In this document: piece after piece, positions 1 through 11,941 of the stretch
Position numbering within the stretch: the first letter of the stretch is position 1
How the letters are laid out: every line of letters begins with the position of its first letter
Origin: Octopus vulgaris
Lineage: Eukaryota
Assembly: GCA_951406725.2 (NCBI GenBank)
Contig: OX597819.1
Coordinates: 24,986,001 to 25,050,000, forward strand
Length of the DNA stretch: 64,000 bases
Direction of reading: 5' to 3'
Notes under the pieces: model-generated
Told to the model about the DNA's origin: nothing
The model's input: only the letters and a program-made list of their open reading frames with translations
Database searches by the model: none
Program-made: the position numbers and the translations under genes

Positions 1-307
1 ACTGCTTGCAAACCCTCACCAAAAAACTCATATCTATTTTTGTTATTTTAGTTATGCCATAGAACATACACTAACATGCATACTCACTCGTGCCCATGGC
101 TACATGCAGACACATTCACACGACCTACAAACATACACAGATGTGCATGCAGACATCACATACTCGTGCACACACATTCATATCCTTACTTGTATCTATT
201 TTTGTTTATCCAAACTTACTGTGAATAATTTTCTTACAATATCTGTGCTTGTATGTGCAAACAAATATGTGTGATTGCTTGCACAAATATGTTCATGCAT
301 AAGTGTA

Positions 308-338
<31 letters not shown>

Positions 339-1139
339 TTGTGTGTGTGTCTGTGTGTGTGTATGCATGCACACATGTGTTGACACAGAAATATGTTTCT
401 TCCTGGTGTTGTTTCTAGAACTTGAATGTCATAATAGTCAACAAGCATAACTAAATACATCAACTACATTATTTGTACATGTGGCTACCAACTGATGCTG
501 GAGTATGTTGACATGCACACACACAGACACACACACACACACATGCACACAATGTATATGCATGTGCAACCATATACATGCAGGTTCCCGTATACACACA
601 TGAGTTTATCCACATTCATGAATGCATCTGCATGTACACAGACAGTTATTATAAGCTTGTATATGTGTATACATACCTGCACACCAAGTCTATGCTAATA
701 TATATATATATATACACAAAATATAAAAGTTGCTACTTAAAGTTAGATATGTACAACTACCCAGCATACGCTTATAATGAAATCATATGTAAATCATATT
801 GTCCCAAAATCTAGGAAAATATAATTGTTTAACTCTTGGTTAGTTTTCATTGGGTAAACTTTTAATCAATCAAATATTATTTAGTTGTGACCATTCTTAA
901 GTACAGAGAACTCAAGATGATATTATATAATGATATTACACAAATTATTAGACAGTAAAGAGTGATTTGAGAGGTTTGGTAGTCTTTCTCCATCAGGTCA
1001 GGTCACTATGTTGAAACACTGGCTTACATAAGGATTTGTCTTATATTCCTTAGAAAGAGATATCATTTGATTCTCCTTTTAGTCTCTCTTATTTTTCTCA
1101 ACCGTATTTGTGCACATAAATGAAATTCTCTTCGTTCTA

Positions 1140-1270
1140 TTATCTTATCTTTAGTTTCAGCCAAAGGGCTGTGGCCATGCCAGGTACTGCCATTCAAATC
1201 TAAATAGCAGAGCACAGTTTCAAGCATAGACCTCTGGGTTATGGGTCCAGCAGTCTTCCACTGTGCCACT
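1140..1270 (-). mobile_element. Decayed tRNA-iMet-derived head (1205-1270) joined to a SINE family A-like 3' tail
   Basis: Minus strand AGTGGCACAGTGGAAGACTGCTGGACCCATAACCCAGAGGTCTATGCTTGAAACTGTGCTCTGCTA aligns by eye with eukaryotic initiator tRNA-Met (CAT anticodon). It is followed by GGCAGTACCTGGCATGGCCACAG...GCTGAAAC, resembling the family A tail GGCGGTGCTCCAGCATGGCCGCAG...ACTGAAAC. Confidence 0.7.
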
Positions 1271-1774
1271 TATATAAATAGTTTCATTACAGATACATCA
1301 CATTTTTTTTTAACATGACTTTGAAAAAGGAAGATGTGTGGGACTCATGACATTTTTCAGGACTTCAAATGCAGTTGGGAGAAAAGAAGAGAGTTATCCT
1401 CAAACTGGAAACTTGGCTTGAATGATAACAACAGTTTCAACTCCACTAAAGGTACCCAAAAGCTGGGTAGGGATATTAAATTGAGTCAACTATGCAATGA
1501 TTCTTCATTCAAATCATGTTTGACTGCATCTTCCATCTGTCTGTAGATCAGTAAAATATGCAACAGTAATAAACTGGTTGTGTTTGTCAAATATATGTGT
1601 CCCTGTTCTTAAAAAAACAATCCATTTCTCTATGTACTTAATAAATATTGTCAAAGAATTAAAATACTATTTACTGTTGGTTATATATTTTACTTAAAAC
1701 CATTGTCATCAATTAGTTGGTGTATTGATGGCATCCAGATATAGATGCATATGGTAGAAAAGGTAGAAGTAAAA

Positions 1775-2060
1775 TGGTGGCACGTAAAAAGCACCATCCG
1801 AATCGTGGCCGAAGCCAGTGCCGCCTCAACTGGCTTCCGTGCAGGTGGCATGTAAAATGCACCAATCCGACCGTGGCCGATGCCAGCCTCGCCTGGCACC
1901 AGTGCAGGTGGCACGTAAAAAGCACCCACTACACTCTCGGAGTGGTTGACGTTAGGAAGGGCATCCAGCTGTAGAAACTTTCCCAGATCCCCGGTCGAAC
2001 CGTCCAACCCATGCTAGCATGGAGAACAGACGTTAAACGATGATGATGATGATGATGATG
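1775..2060 (+). mobile_element. SINE family C (RTE-type tail ending in (GAT)n), 5'-truncated, with three tandem internal units
   Basis: Similar to copies at 5193, 24615, 29721 and 39296. Contains TTAGGAAGGGCATCCAGC and the tail CCAACCCATGCTAGCATGG...GACGTTAAAC(GAT)n. Confidence 0.85.
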
Positions 2061-2128
2061 AAAGAAAAGTATTGATGCTTGTTTAAGTCTTACAGAAGAA
2101 ATTCCTAAAAGCAGAGGCAGTTGAGAGT

Positions 2129-2182
<54 letters not shown>

Positions 2183-4402
2183 ACATTTGCAGATAGACAC
2201 AATTTTTAGATGATAGGTAATCAGTTGAATCAAACCCAATATTTGTCTGGAATATGTGCTTTCAATCAAAGAGATGAAATGCAGAATTTGAATTGAGGAA
2301 GATGATGGATGCTGAGCATCCAACATTTATAGTGTATAAGGTACCCTTCTTTTGTGCTGGTGCCATGGTGAAAACCTTCCTCCATGTGCATCTTCTAAAG
2401 TGATTCATGAGTGAGCAAAAGAACTGTGGGATTGAAAAGTCACTTTAGTCCTGTCTCACTAAGGAATTAACTACATGTCTATTACTAGTGCTATGAAAAA
2501 TGCTCCCAATACATACTATAAGTCAATGCAAGTGAGTAGAGAAAGTGTGGGGTTGAGAGATGCCTTTAGTTCTGTCGTTCTGTTGTCTTCTCTTTAGTAC
2601 AGGTGCCATGAGAAAATGCAACCTGTGTACTTTATAAAGTGATTGGTAATAAGATGGGTATCCAGGTATAAAGACCACGGCAAAACGATCCATATGAGTT
2701 CCTATGTCTGAGAGCAGTGACTTCCAATAAGAAATAACTTAAACTGTGATGACCCATTTAACATGGAAAGCTGAGGTAAAATGATGATGAAGGTATTAAC
2801 TCCAGAGCCCTTTTATAATAATAGTAATGACTCCAGAGCCCTTTTATGATGATGATGATAATATCGAAAAGAAGATGACCCTAAATATATAAAGTAAAGA
2901 TATTATGTCCAAGTTCCTTTGTGACCACTTCTTTTTGATGGCGGTGGTTCATCCCCAGAACTATTCCCAGAAACCTCTCTTGTGTATTACTAACTCCTTG
3001 TCATTCATAAATTACATTAACTGTATAAGTCTCACATTCAATTCACAATTGTTTTACTCCATACGAGTCTCGCCATACTTTATGGTTCCTAATACTTCTC
3101 TGTGTTCAACAGTTTCATAAAAATTTTAACAGATGTTTCTTTTACCTATAATATTGGTTCAGTTTTGTATAATTTCCAGAATCTGCACTTAGTAATACAT
3201 TCATAGTTAACAGTTTTAAGAAAATAAAGTTAAAAATCTGAAGAAAATAACCTTGTCATCAATGCACAACATAACAAGCAATAAATGTATACTTTATCCG
3301 TTTAAAATAATGTACTAAAGCAAATATCACTTCCTTTGCTTCTTCATGTGTCAGAAATTTTGGCCAATCAGAAGAAAGAAGTTAGATTTTGCTTAACATA
3401 TTGTGAAGCAATGTTTACAGTAGACTTACTAAACTGTTTTCCACTGAACATTCATGCATTTATTTTTAGCTGCTTGAATTCAAATGAACCTGGATCCATA
3501 TAACATTGTAAACTATAATGTGGCTTTGATAAATTTACTAACACAAATTCGTTGGCTCTGGAAAATAAATTCTTAAAGTCATGAATGAAAGATTAGGAAG
3601 TACTTTTGTAAGGTTAACAGGATGTCTGAGTCAGTAGACTTGACTCATACAAACCAAATGTGGAACAAGGTCAACAGATTGTGTCCCAAAAGAGGCCAAA
3701 TATAGAGCAAGGTTAAAAGATTCCTTATGTTGTTTTATCCTTGAATGGACCAAATATGTAACAATGTTACCAGAGTGTGTCTTTAGTCTTCTTTTAAATG
3801 AGTTGATTATGAGTCAAAGTTAACAAACATTCATACTATGAATACTTCAACAGATTAATAATGATATATATACAAACAAATAATGTGTGTACGTATATAT
3901 ATATATATATATATATATTACAAAAGATGTCTGAATCTCATTCATGTCCAACATGGGAGTGTTATGAATTAGTATATGTATTTTTCTTTATGTAGGCCAC
4001 TTTAAAAGACTAGATATGAAACAATAATTGTCCACCTATTTACCTGTAAATACTCATGCTCTGATCCATTTCCAGTTTGTACATAAAGACCATTAGGGAA
4101 CAGGATATCTTTGTGCAGCTCTCTTCTAAATAGACGCATAAACATAATAGAGTAGTACTATTGTGAGACAGACTAAGTAGAAAAAGCAATAGTAGTATAT
4201 TCTGCCTACATCTACATATAACAATGTGCTAGTATTTTGGTAGTTGCTGACATAAAATCAGAGTACCAGGAGACTGAGATCCCATGGGAAAAATTCAGTT
4301 TTAGGTTGTATATATATATATATATATGTGTGGGGGATTGAAATTCAAATCATGTGATTGTGAAGTAAACTTCTTATCCATACAGGCATGGCTTCACCAA
4401 AT

Positions 4403-4404
<2 letters not shown>

Positions 4405-4434
<30 letters not shown>

Positions 4435-4446
4435 TGTATGTATGTA

Positions 4447-4528
<82 letters not shown>

Positions 4529-4680
4529 TGTATGTGCATGTATGTGTATGTATGTGCATGTATGTGTATGTATGTATGTGTATGTATGTGTATGTATGTA
4601 TGTGTATGTATGTATGTGTATGTATGTATATGTATGTATGTATATATGTATGTATGTATGTGTATGTATGTATATATGTA

Positions 4681-4713
<33 letters not shown>

Positions 4714-4787
4714 ATATGTATGTATATGTATATATGTATATATGTGTATATATATGTGTATATGTATATATATATATATATATGTAT
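4405..4787. repeat. Compound (TATG)n/(TG)n/(TA)n microsatellite
   Basis: Directly visible; source of the spurious ORFs at 4326-4923. Confidence 0.97.
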
Positions 4788-4936
4788 GCACACAAGATTC
4801 TTGATGTCAAATCATATGTTGAAACATTTTTATATTTTATATTTTTTTGCCAATAAACACATGCACTATTTATTTGATCCTCACTTTAGCTTTATTATAA
4901 AAAATGACCATCCCCAAATGTAACAATATATATATA

Positions 4937-5165
4937 CTTTTTATTAAAGCTGCAAAATTACCACAGAACGGTTACTTACTTTCACATTCCTGTTCCTTGG
5001 ACAGTTGTGAGTTTTCATCACTACTGTCAGATGAATGGGAACGTGAAACTTTGAGTAACAGCCCTGTGATAAATATTCAGCTTTAATAAAAAATATATCA
5101 CTCTACTTTTGGTATTCGAGTGCTATTTTTTCCATCTTGTTTTGCACCTATGTGCTCACCTGTGT
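4937..5165 (+). mobile_element. Old hammerhead-bearing fold-back element, same family as 27366-27600
   Basis: The reverse complement of 5020-5165 aligns with 27366-27510. 4937-5006 is a more decayed inverted arm. Flanked by (TA)n. Confidence 0.7.
5024..5061 (+). ncRNA. Minimal type I hammerhead ribozyme motif with mutated core (CAGAUGA)
   Basis: CTGT-CAGATGA-ATG GGAA CGT-GAAAC-TTTGA-GTA-ACAG: stem I CTGT/ACAG, GNRA-capped stem II, GUA cleavage triplet. Confidence 0.7.
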
Positions 5166-5192
5166 ATATGTATATATATATATATATATATA

Positions 5193-5497
5193 TAAAGCAC
5201 CATCCGTTCGTGGCTGTTGCCAGCCTCGCCTGACCCCCGTGCCGGTGGCACATAAAAAGCACCATCCAATCGTGGCCGTTTGCCAGACTCATCTGGCACC
5301 TGTGCCGATGGCACGTAAAAAGCACCCACTACACTCATGGAGTGGTTGGCGTTAGGAAGGGCATCCAGCCGTAGAAACATTGCCAGATCAAACTGGGCCT
5401 GGTGCAGCCTTCTGGCTTCCCAGACCCCAGTTGAACCGTCCAACCCATGCTACCATGGAAAGCAGACGCTAAACGATGATGATGATGATGATGATGA
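5193..5497 (+). mobile_element. SINE family C copy
   Basis: Same internal units and RTE-type (GAT)n tail; sits between (TA)n runs. Confidence 0.87.
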
Positions 5498-5539
5498 TAT
5501 ATATATATATATATATATATATTTAACCATATGCCAAAC

Positions 5540-5583
<44 letters not shown>

Positions 5584-6985
5584 GTTTGGCATATGGTTAA
5601 GAAGTCTTCTTTCTGGCATCTGACTGTAGAATATCTGTCTTAATGTACTCTGTCCGACTTATGCAGGCATGAAAAAGTGAGTGTTAAAATTATATGCCTC
5701 CACCATGCATGTATGTATTCATATAAGTAAATGTATGTTCACACACATATAGATACATGTGTATATATATAGTACATATATATGTAATATCCCATCTGTA
5801 AGGACAGTAACTCCAATTAAAATCCTGATTCAGCATTGATGACTGACTGAATGTATGCTAGCATGGAAAATGCACTTTAAATGATGATGGTGGTGGTAGT
5901 AATGTCTATAAGTTTTTTGTGTCATTACTGTTCTTTATATTCATATTGTTTAATTGAAGAAAAAAGGCATCTTGCTGAGAAAACAAGTCACCATTGAATT
6001 TCTTAAGCCTTATAATATTTTTTTTTCCACACTAAATTATATGTAATTTTGTGTATAAGTATAGTATTACTGGTATTTATTTTTAGTCAGACATCTCTGA
6101 GAAATGTAATATTGTGCATTACCTAAGGGATGCAACATCATATCGGTGATGGTACTTGAAATAGTAATCTATATTAAAGAAATTTACTCCCACTTGACCA
6201 CAATGCTTTTAGTGCTTCTTGTGATAAAGAACTCATGTTAGTAATTTTACAAACTTATGTTACAAAGAAAGCCCTATTCTTCTTCCTCCCACATCTGAAT
6301 AAGGAAAATCCCACCAGCAATTTGATAGTTATTCTAGTAAAATCATCAAGCACACTGGGAGCCATACTGAGTTGGTAATTTCATTGCTAGAATTCAATGT
6401 ATAAACAGAAAGGGTCTTTGTTCCTATAAAACAATACTATCAAATGTATTGCTTTCATTCTTCTTTTATTCTCATTCATTGCTGTGAACAATCAACAAAG
6501 AATATTTAGCTCCATTATATGGTGTATAGGACATATTAAAATTTTATTGGGTGTAAATAATCAAATTAGGTTTACAATACTCATACATGAATATTTTTTC
6601 TAATGTGACCTATCCATATGTTAACTACAATATATTATATAAAACAAGTTATTTTTCCATGCTAATATGGGTTAGACAGTGAGTTATTTGAGGTAGGATC
6701 TTATGACTACAAGCTCTTCCTGTTGCCAACTGTAACTTGTTTTTCAAGTAAGGAATTTTTTTTAATAAAGTGTGGGTCTTTAAAGTGCAGAGCAACTGGT
6801 CATAATGTTGACAATGACTATCAACATCAGCACTGCTCCACTTCACACAGTAACATTCAAAATGAACATAGATGCACATTTATGCATGCACGCACACATG
6901 CACACACAGACATGCACATGTATATCTATCTGTCTGTCTGTCTATATCTATATATAGATTTGTGTGTGTGTGTATATATATATAT

Positions 6986-7184
6986 AAAGTTAATCCAAAC
7001 AAGAAAGCACAAAAAAACACAACAATGCAAGGACGTGGAACAAATATAGTATTATTGGACGCTCAGGAAAGAAGGAGGGTTTAACGTTTCGAGTGGAGCT
7101 CTTCGTCAGAAACATAGGAGAAGGAAAGATCCAGAGAAGGGAAGACAGAGGAAAAAAATCGCCAACAGTACACACGAGGTCACA
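6986..7184 (-). mobile_element. Short (TA)n-embedded element with hammerhead (PLE terminal-repeat remnant or non-autonomous derivative)
   Basis: About 200 bp of non-repetitive sequence between (TA)n runs. Contains the HHR at 7079-7113 and shares CGCTCAGGAA with the 31172-31378 element. Confidence 0.65.
7079..7113 (-). ncRNA. Minimal type I hammerhead ribozyme, core intact
   Basis: Minus strand GTTT-CTGACGA-A-GAG CTCCA CTC-GAAAC-GTT-AAAC: stem I GTTT/AAAC, palindromic AACGTT in place of stem III, GUU triplet. Confidence 0.8.
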
Positions 7185-7231
7185 TATATATATATATATA
7201 TATATATAGGTGGATGTTAAATGCTAATGAG

Positions 7232-7266
<35 letters not shown>

Positions 7267-7442
7267 TTATACATACATAAATATAAGAGAGTGACCACCA
7301 TGTGCTCTACTCTAGCACTAAAAATAGATCCGCGAGGTTTCAGCCACAAAAGAAATTGTTTCCGTTGAAATTTAGCACTACTACCAGCGCAAATGAACAG
7401 TGCAAATAAACATAACAAGTACCCAATTTTCTCACCCTTATC

Positions 7443-7490
<48 letters not shown>

Positions 7491-8087
7491 TTTAAAAAGC
7501 AAATTTAAGATTTAATACCTCAGTGAAAACTTGTAGTTTGGTAATTTTAACTGCTATTTTAGCATGCTAGTACTGTTTGTTAGTACCCTTAATTATTACT
7601 AGAAAAAAAATTTTTTATTCATAATATTATCTTTTTATACCTTTTCTAGTGACAGCAAAGGCTGGATTGACGTGGTCTGCTTGAGAGATTTCTTCTGGAA
7701 TATTTTAAATTCAGACTTTTGACTATTGTTTTTTGAAACGGTGTAAATTGATAAATGCTTTGGTAGGACATAGGTAGAATATAAGGAATAAAAAGTATGC
7801 ATGATAATAATTATAAGAACAATGGTGATGACGATGACAATGATGATGATGATGATGAAAATATCCTGAGCGAGGAATTCTTGGTGGTAGCCAGTACTGA
7901 ATAAAATATTGAATCATTCTCATTGTACAATGTCTTCATGTGTAGTATCTTCCTTAACCTTCTCACGTTCTGATTTTGATCTAAGTAAATTATATTGGCT
8001 ACTCTGCAGATAATCTTATTCTGTACCAGACGATAAGATAGCTTGGGAGATGAAATACAGCACATATTTTATGAGATTTGTCATTAA

Positions 8088-8144
8088 CTATTTGACAGTG
8101 GGATTAATTTGCCCCATTCTTGCTTCTAACCTTTCCATTATCTC
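8088..8144 (-). CDS. Candidate terminal coding exon (EIMERLEARMGQINPTVK*) of an unidentified gene
   Basis: Branch-like CACTAAT (8169-8175), pyrimidine tract and TTCAG acceptor precede 18 open codons and TAG. No homology recognised. Confidence 0.3.
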   Translation of the reverse strand, partial: EIMERLEARMGQINPTVK

Positions 8145-8769
8145 CTGAATACAAAACAAAGATGATGCATTAGTGAATGTGGCCTGCAGTAGTTGAGTCA
8201 TCATTGCTAAGCTACAGTATCCACATAAAGTAAAAACGGTTGGCAAATGTTGCGTGTTACATACATTATCAGCGTCATGAGAATGCATATGCCTTTAGTT
8301 TATGTATGTATGTATGTATGTATGTATGTATATGGGTGTGCTTGTGTGGGCTTGTCTACTTGATGTACTGTCATGTACTTCAATAACATGTTAAGTATTT
8401 TGAAGTGCCTTTTAGCTACAGAAAGGGTTAATAAATTGGTTGCATAAAGTCATTGCTGCATTCAATACTGAACATGGCTAATTTTCTAATGTAATAAAAA
8501 ACAAAACACAAAACACAACTCTCAAAATATTTATATATATATACAGATGTCTTAGAATTGCTCACATACACACGCACACACACTTGCATAGAACTAACTC
8601 TGTGTGTGTCTGTATGCACACACATATATTCATACATGTACATAAACTCGCATGCATGCACAAGCACACACAGACACATACATAGATACATGGGATATTC
8701 TCCTCAAAAAGTGAACAGCTGGCTTCAGTGACTATTGATAATTTCCCCGAGAACTTGATTAAGACAAGC

Positions 8770-8814
8770 ACACACACACACACACACATAAATCTGTATA
8801 TATATGTGTGTGTG

Positions 8815-8850
<36 letters not shown>

Positions 8851-8866
8851 TGTATGAGTATATGTA

Positions 8867-8899
<33 letters not shown>

Positions 8900-8966
8900 A
8901 TATGTATGAGTATATGTATGTGTGTGTATATATATATATATATATATAAATATGTATGAGTATATG

Positions 8967-9004
<38 letters not shown>

Positions 9005-9031
9005 TGTATGAGTATGTGTATGTGTTTATAC

Positions 9032-9065
<34 letters not shown>

Positions 9066-9098
9066 AATATGTATGAGTATATGTATGTGTATATATAC

Positions 9099-9132
<34 letters not shown>

Positions 9133-9225
9133 AAATATGTATGAGTATATGTATGTATATATACATATATATATAATAAAAATATGTATGAGTATATGTA
9201 TGTGTATATATACATATATATGTAT

Positions 9226-9259
<34 letters not shown>

Positions 9260-9342
9260 AATATATGTATGAGTATATGTATGTGTATATATATATATAA
9301 ATAAATAATATATATATATATATATATAAGTATATGTATGTG

Positions 9343-9413
<71 letters not shown>

Positions 9414-9420
9414 TTATATA
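8770..9420. repeat. Higher-order minisatellite: ATAAATATGTATGAGTATATGTATGTG units separated by variable (TA)n
   Basis: The motif recurs about eight times with variable TA spacers, bounded by (CA)n runs. Confidence 0.9.
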
Positions 9421-10444
9421 TGCATATATGTAATATGCATGTGTTTGTATATAAAATAGCAAACTAAACTTCTAAAAGAGTAATTAAGTTCAATTTTTTT
9501 TTTACTCCACTGTTTCTGTGGAATGCCAGAAGTTGCCTAATTCTTATTTAGGCCTTTTAATTGTCCCATTTTTATCATACCTTTCTTTTAAAGTTTCTTT
9601 CTCCAGTTCCTTCCTTTCTTTTTCTTTCTCTATCTTTTTTTTTTTTCTTTAATTGGCTCCTCACTTATTTTTATTTCTTTATTGGCATCCTATTCTTTCT
9701 TATATTTCTACCTCTTTGCTTTTTTTTTTTATTATTATTTCTTTTTTCTTCAACATTTTCCTTGTGTTCAGTCTCCTCATCTTTATTTTCTTCATCCTCT
9801 TTTCTTGTCTTCCTTCAACTTTTTCTTAGTTTTCTTTATCTTTTCTTCCTTCATCTTTCCTTTTTTTTTTTATCTTTCTTTGACTTCTGTCTTCTTCATC
9901 TTTGTTTTTCTTTTTCACTGTCTTTTTATTCTCCTTCAATCTTCTTTCTCTTGAGTTTTCATTTTTATATTCTTCTTCTTCTTCATCTGCTTTGTCTTCT
10001 TATTCTCTTCATATTCTTTTCCTTCTTCTTCCCCCTTCCCCCCTACTTTTTATTTGTTCCCATTAAGTGATGACAATACATTGACCTATAGGTCATGAGT
10101 TTAAACTCTGACTCATGTCCTTGTGTGTTGGACCCTTAGTCAAGGCTGAATTACTTCAGCTTGTAATCAAGTAACAACTCTTCCTCTACACAGAAACAGT
10201 AGCAGATGGGAGTGGAGAATCCTATCATTAAAAAAAAAAGTAAATAATTAAACAAACAAATAAATAAATAATCTTGTAATTCCTGTTGACATTCTAAATT
10301 TCTGAATCCATAAAACTGGTGCTGTATTATGTGAGATAAGAAACTGTTAGATGTATATAATGGAAAAATTGGGTGGCTGGTGACAGAATCAGTGGTGTAT
10401 CCAATTAATTTGTTAAAGGTTTTAGTTACATTACCATTTATCTT

Positions 10445-10824
10445 TTATCTTTCACATGTTTCAGTCATTAGACTACGGCCATGCTGGAGTACTGCCCTGA
10501 AGAATTTTCAGTTGAATGAATTGATCCCAGTACTTATTTGTTCTAACCCTTTTGTTACCAACCCGGCCAAAACCGGCTCTGGCTCTGTAGTACAAATGTC
10601 TTTTTTTCATAAGTTTTGCATCAAAATATACCACCAAACCTTAGTCACAATTTATATTCCTAATACTAGCTTAATGATAACTAAGTTATTTTACTAAATT
10701 CTTTGTTATATTTAAAATAATTGAAAGAAACACAGAGCATCTCAAAATAAATACGGTAACGAAAGGGTCTCTTTTGCTGAACCAGTTGACAAGCAGTGGT
10801 GAAGGACACGGACACAAACACACA

Positions 10825-10863
<39 letters not shown>

Positions 10864-11000
10864 ACATACACACACACATGCACATATAAACACAAACACA
10901 TGCACATGCACACTCATATACAACAAGCTTCTTTCAGTTTGTATCTACCAAATCCACTCACAAGGCTTTGATTGGGCCCAAAGCTGTAGTAGAAGACTTT
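10445..11000 (-). mobile_element. Older SINE family A copy interrupted by a MITE
   Basis: Tail GTTTCAGTCATTAGACTACGGCCATGCTGGAG and body CTTCTTTCAGTTTGTATCTACCAAATCCACTCACAAGG lie on either side of 10547-10767. Confidence 0.75.
10547..10767. mobile_element. piggyBac-type MITE, copy 1
   Basis: TIRs CCCTTTTGTTACC / GGTAACGAAAGGG; body matches 25067-25274. The TTAA target duplication is imperfect here. Confidence 0.8.
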
Positions 11001-11266
11001 GCTTTCATTCTTCTGGGGTTGATAAAATAAAGGAGCAATCAAGTTCTAAGGTCGACTTAATCAGTTTATCCCATTTTCACAGACTTCGTGGTCTTGTGGT
11101 CCCTGTTGAGAAATTTTGTAGTTCTTTTTTTTTTTGTGATTGTTTTATTGTTTACGCATGTGTATATGCAAATCTGTACTGTCTCTTGTCTCTGTAGTAT
11201 TCTAAATATTTTTTGGCCCTTGTGGCTTATAAATTATTGATCATTATCATCATTGCTGTTACTATT

Positions 11267-11490
11267 AAAGGGGTAAGCTGGCAAAATTGTTAGTACTCAG
11301 GACAGAATACTTGGTGACATTTCTTCTGGTTTTATGTTCCGAGTTCAAATACCACCAAAATTGACTTTGTCTTTCATTCTTTTGGTGTTCAATAAAATAA
11401 AGTACCATTTAAGCACTGCTGTATATATAATTAATTAGACTCCTCCTTACAAAATTTCAGGCCTTGTACCTATAATAGAAAGGGTTATTA
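11267..11490 (+). mobile_element. SINE family B, diverged copy; further fragments at about 11980-12215
   Basis: AGCTGGCAAAATTGTTAG head, GAGTTCAAAT B-box and TTGACTTTGTCTTTCATTC core. Confidence 0.7.
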
Positions 11491-11526
11491 TCATCATCAT
11501 CATCATCATCATCATCATTATTATTG

Positions 11527-11880
11527 TTCATATACACACAACAGATTAGACTGTTGGAAAAGAAAAATTTTTAACATCAGACTACAAAAAAAGTAATCTT
11601 AGATACCAAGAACCTTTCTAAGTATCCTAGCTGTCCCTAATAACACGGTTTTCTGGAGCTGTACTAAACTGAGTTTTTATGCCTATTTTGTCTGCCCATC
11701 TGTTCAAATCTTTAGGGATAGTTCCTGATGCACCTATGACTGCTGGGATACATTTTTCCATAGTCTCTGTAATTCAATGGCTAGGTCCTGGTACTTTGCT
11801 ATTTTTTCTATTTCTCTCATTTTCATCACTTGGAATTGTAAAATCAGTTATCTGGCACTTTCTATGCTCTGTATCTGTTA
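11527..11880 (-). pseudogene. R4/Dong-clade LINE 3' end: restriction-like endonuclease C-terminus, frameshifted
   Basis: Minus-strand translation across frameshifts: KCQITDFTIPSDEN...KIAKYQDLAIELQRLW / CIPAVIGASGTIPKDL / LQKTVLLGTARILRKVLGI* (stop at 11599-11601). Flanked by (ATT)n. Confidence 0.85.
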
Positions 11881-11893
11881 TTATTATTATTAA

Positions 11894-11941
<48 letters not shown>

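Noticed and set aside
9561-10070. Hydrophobic F/L/S-rich ORFs here, at 36291-37414 and at 42485-43011
   Set aside because: Pyrimidine-rich low-complexity tracts, not membrane proteins.
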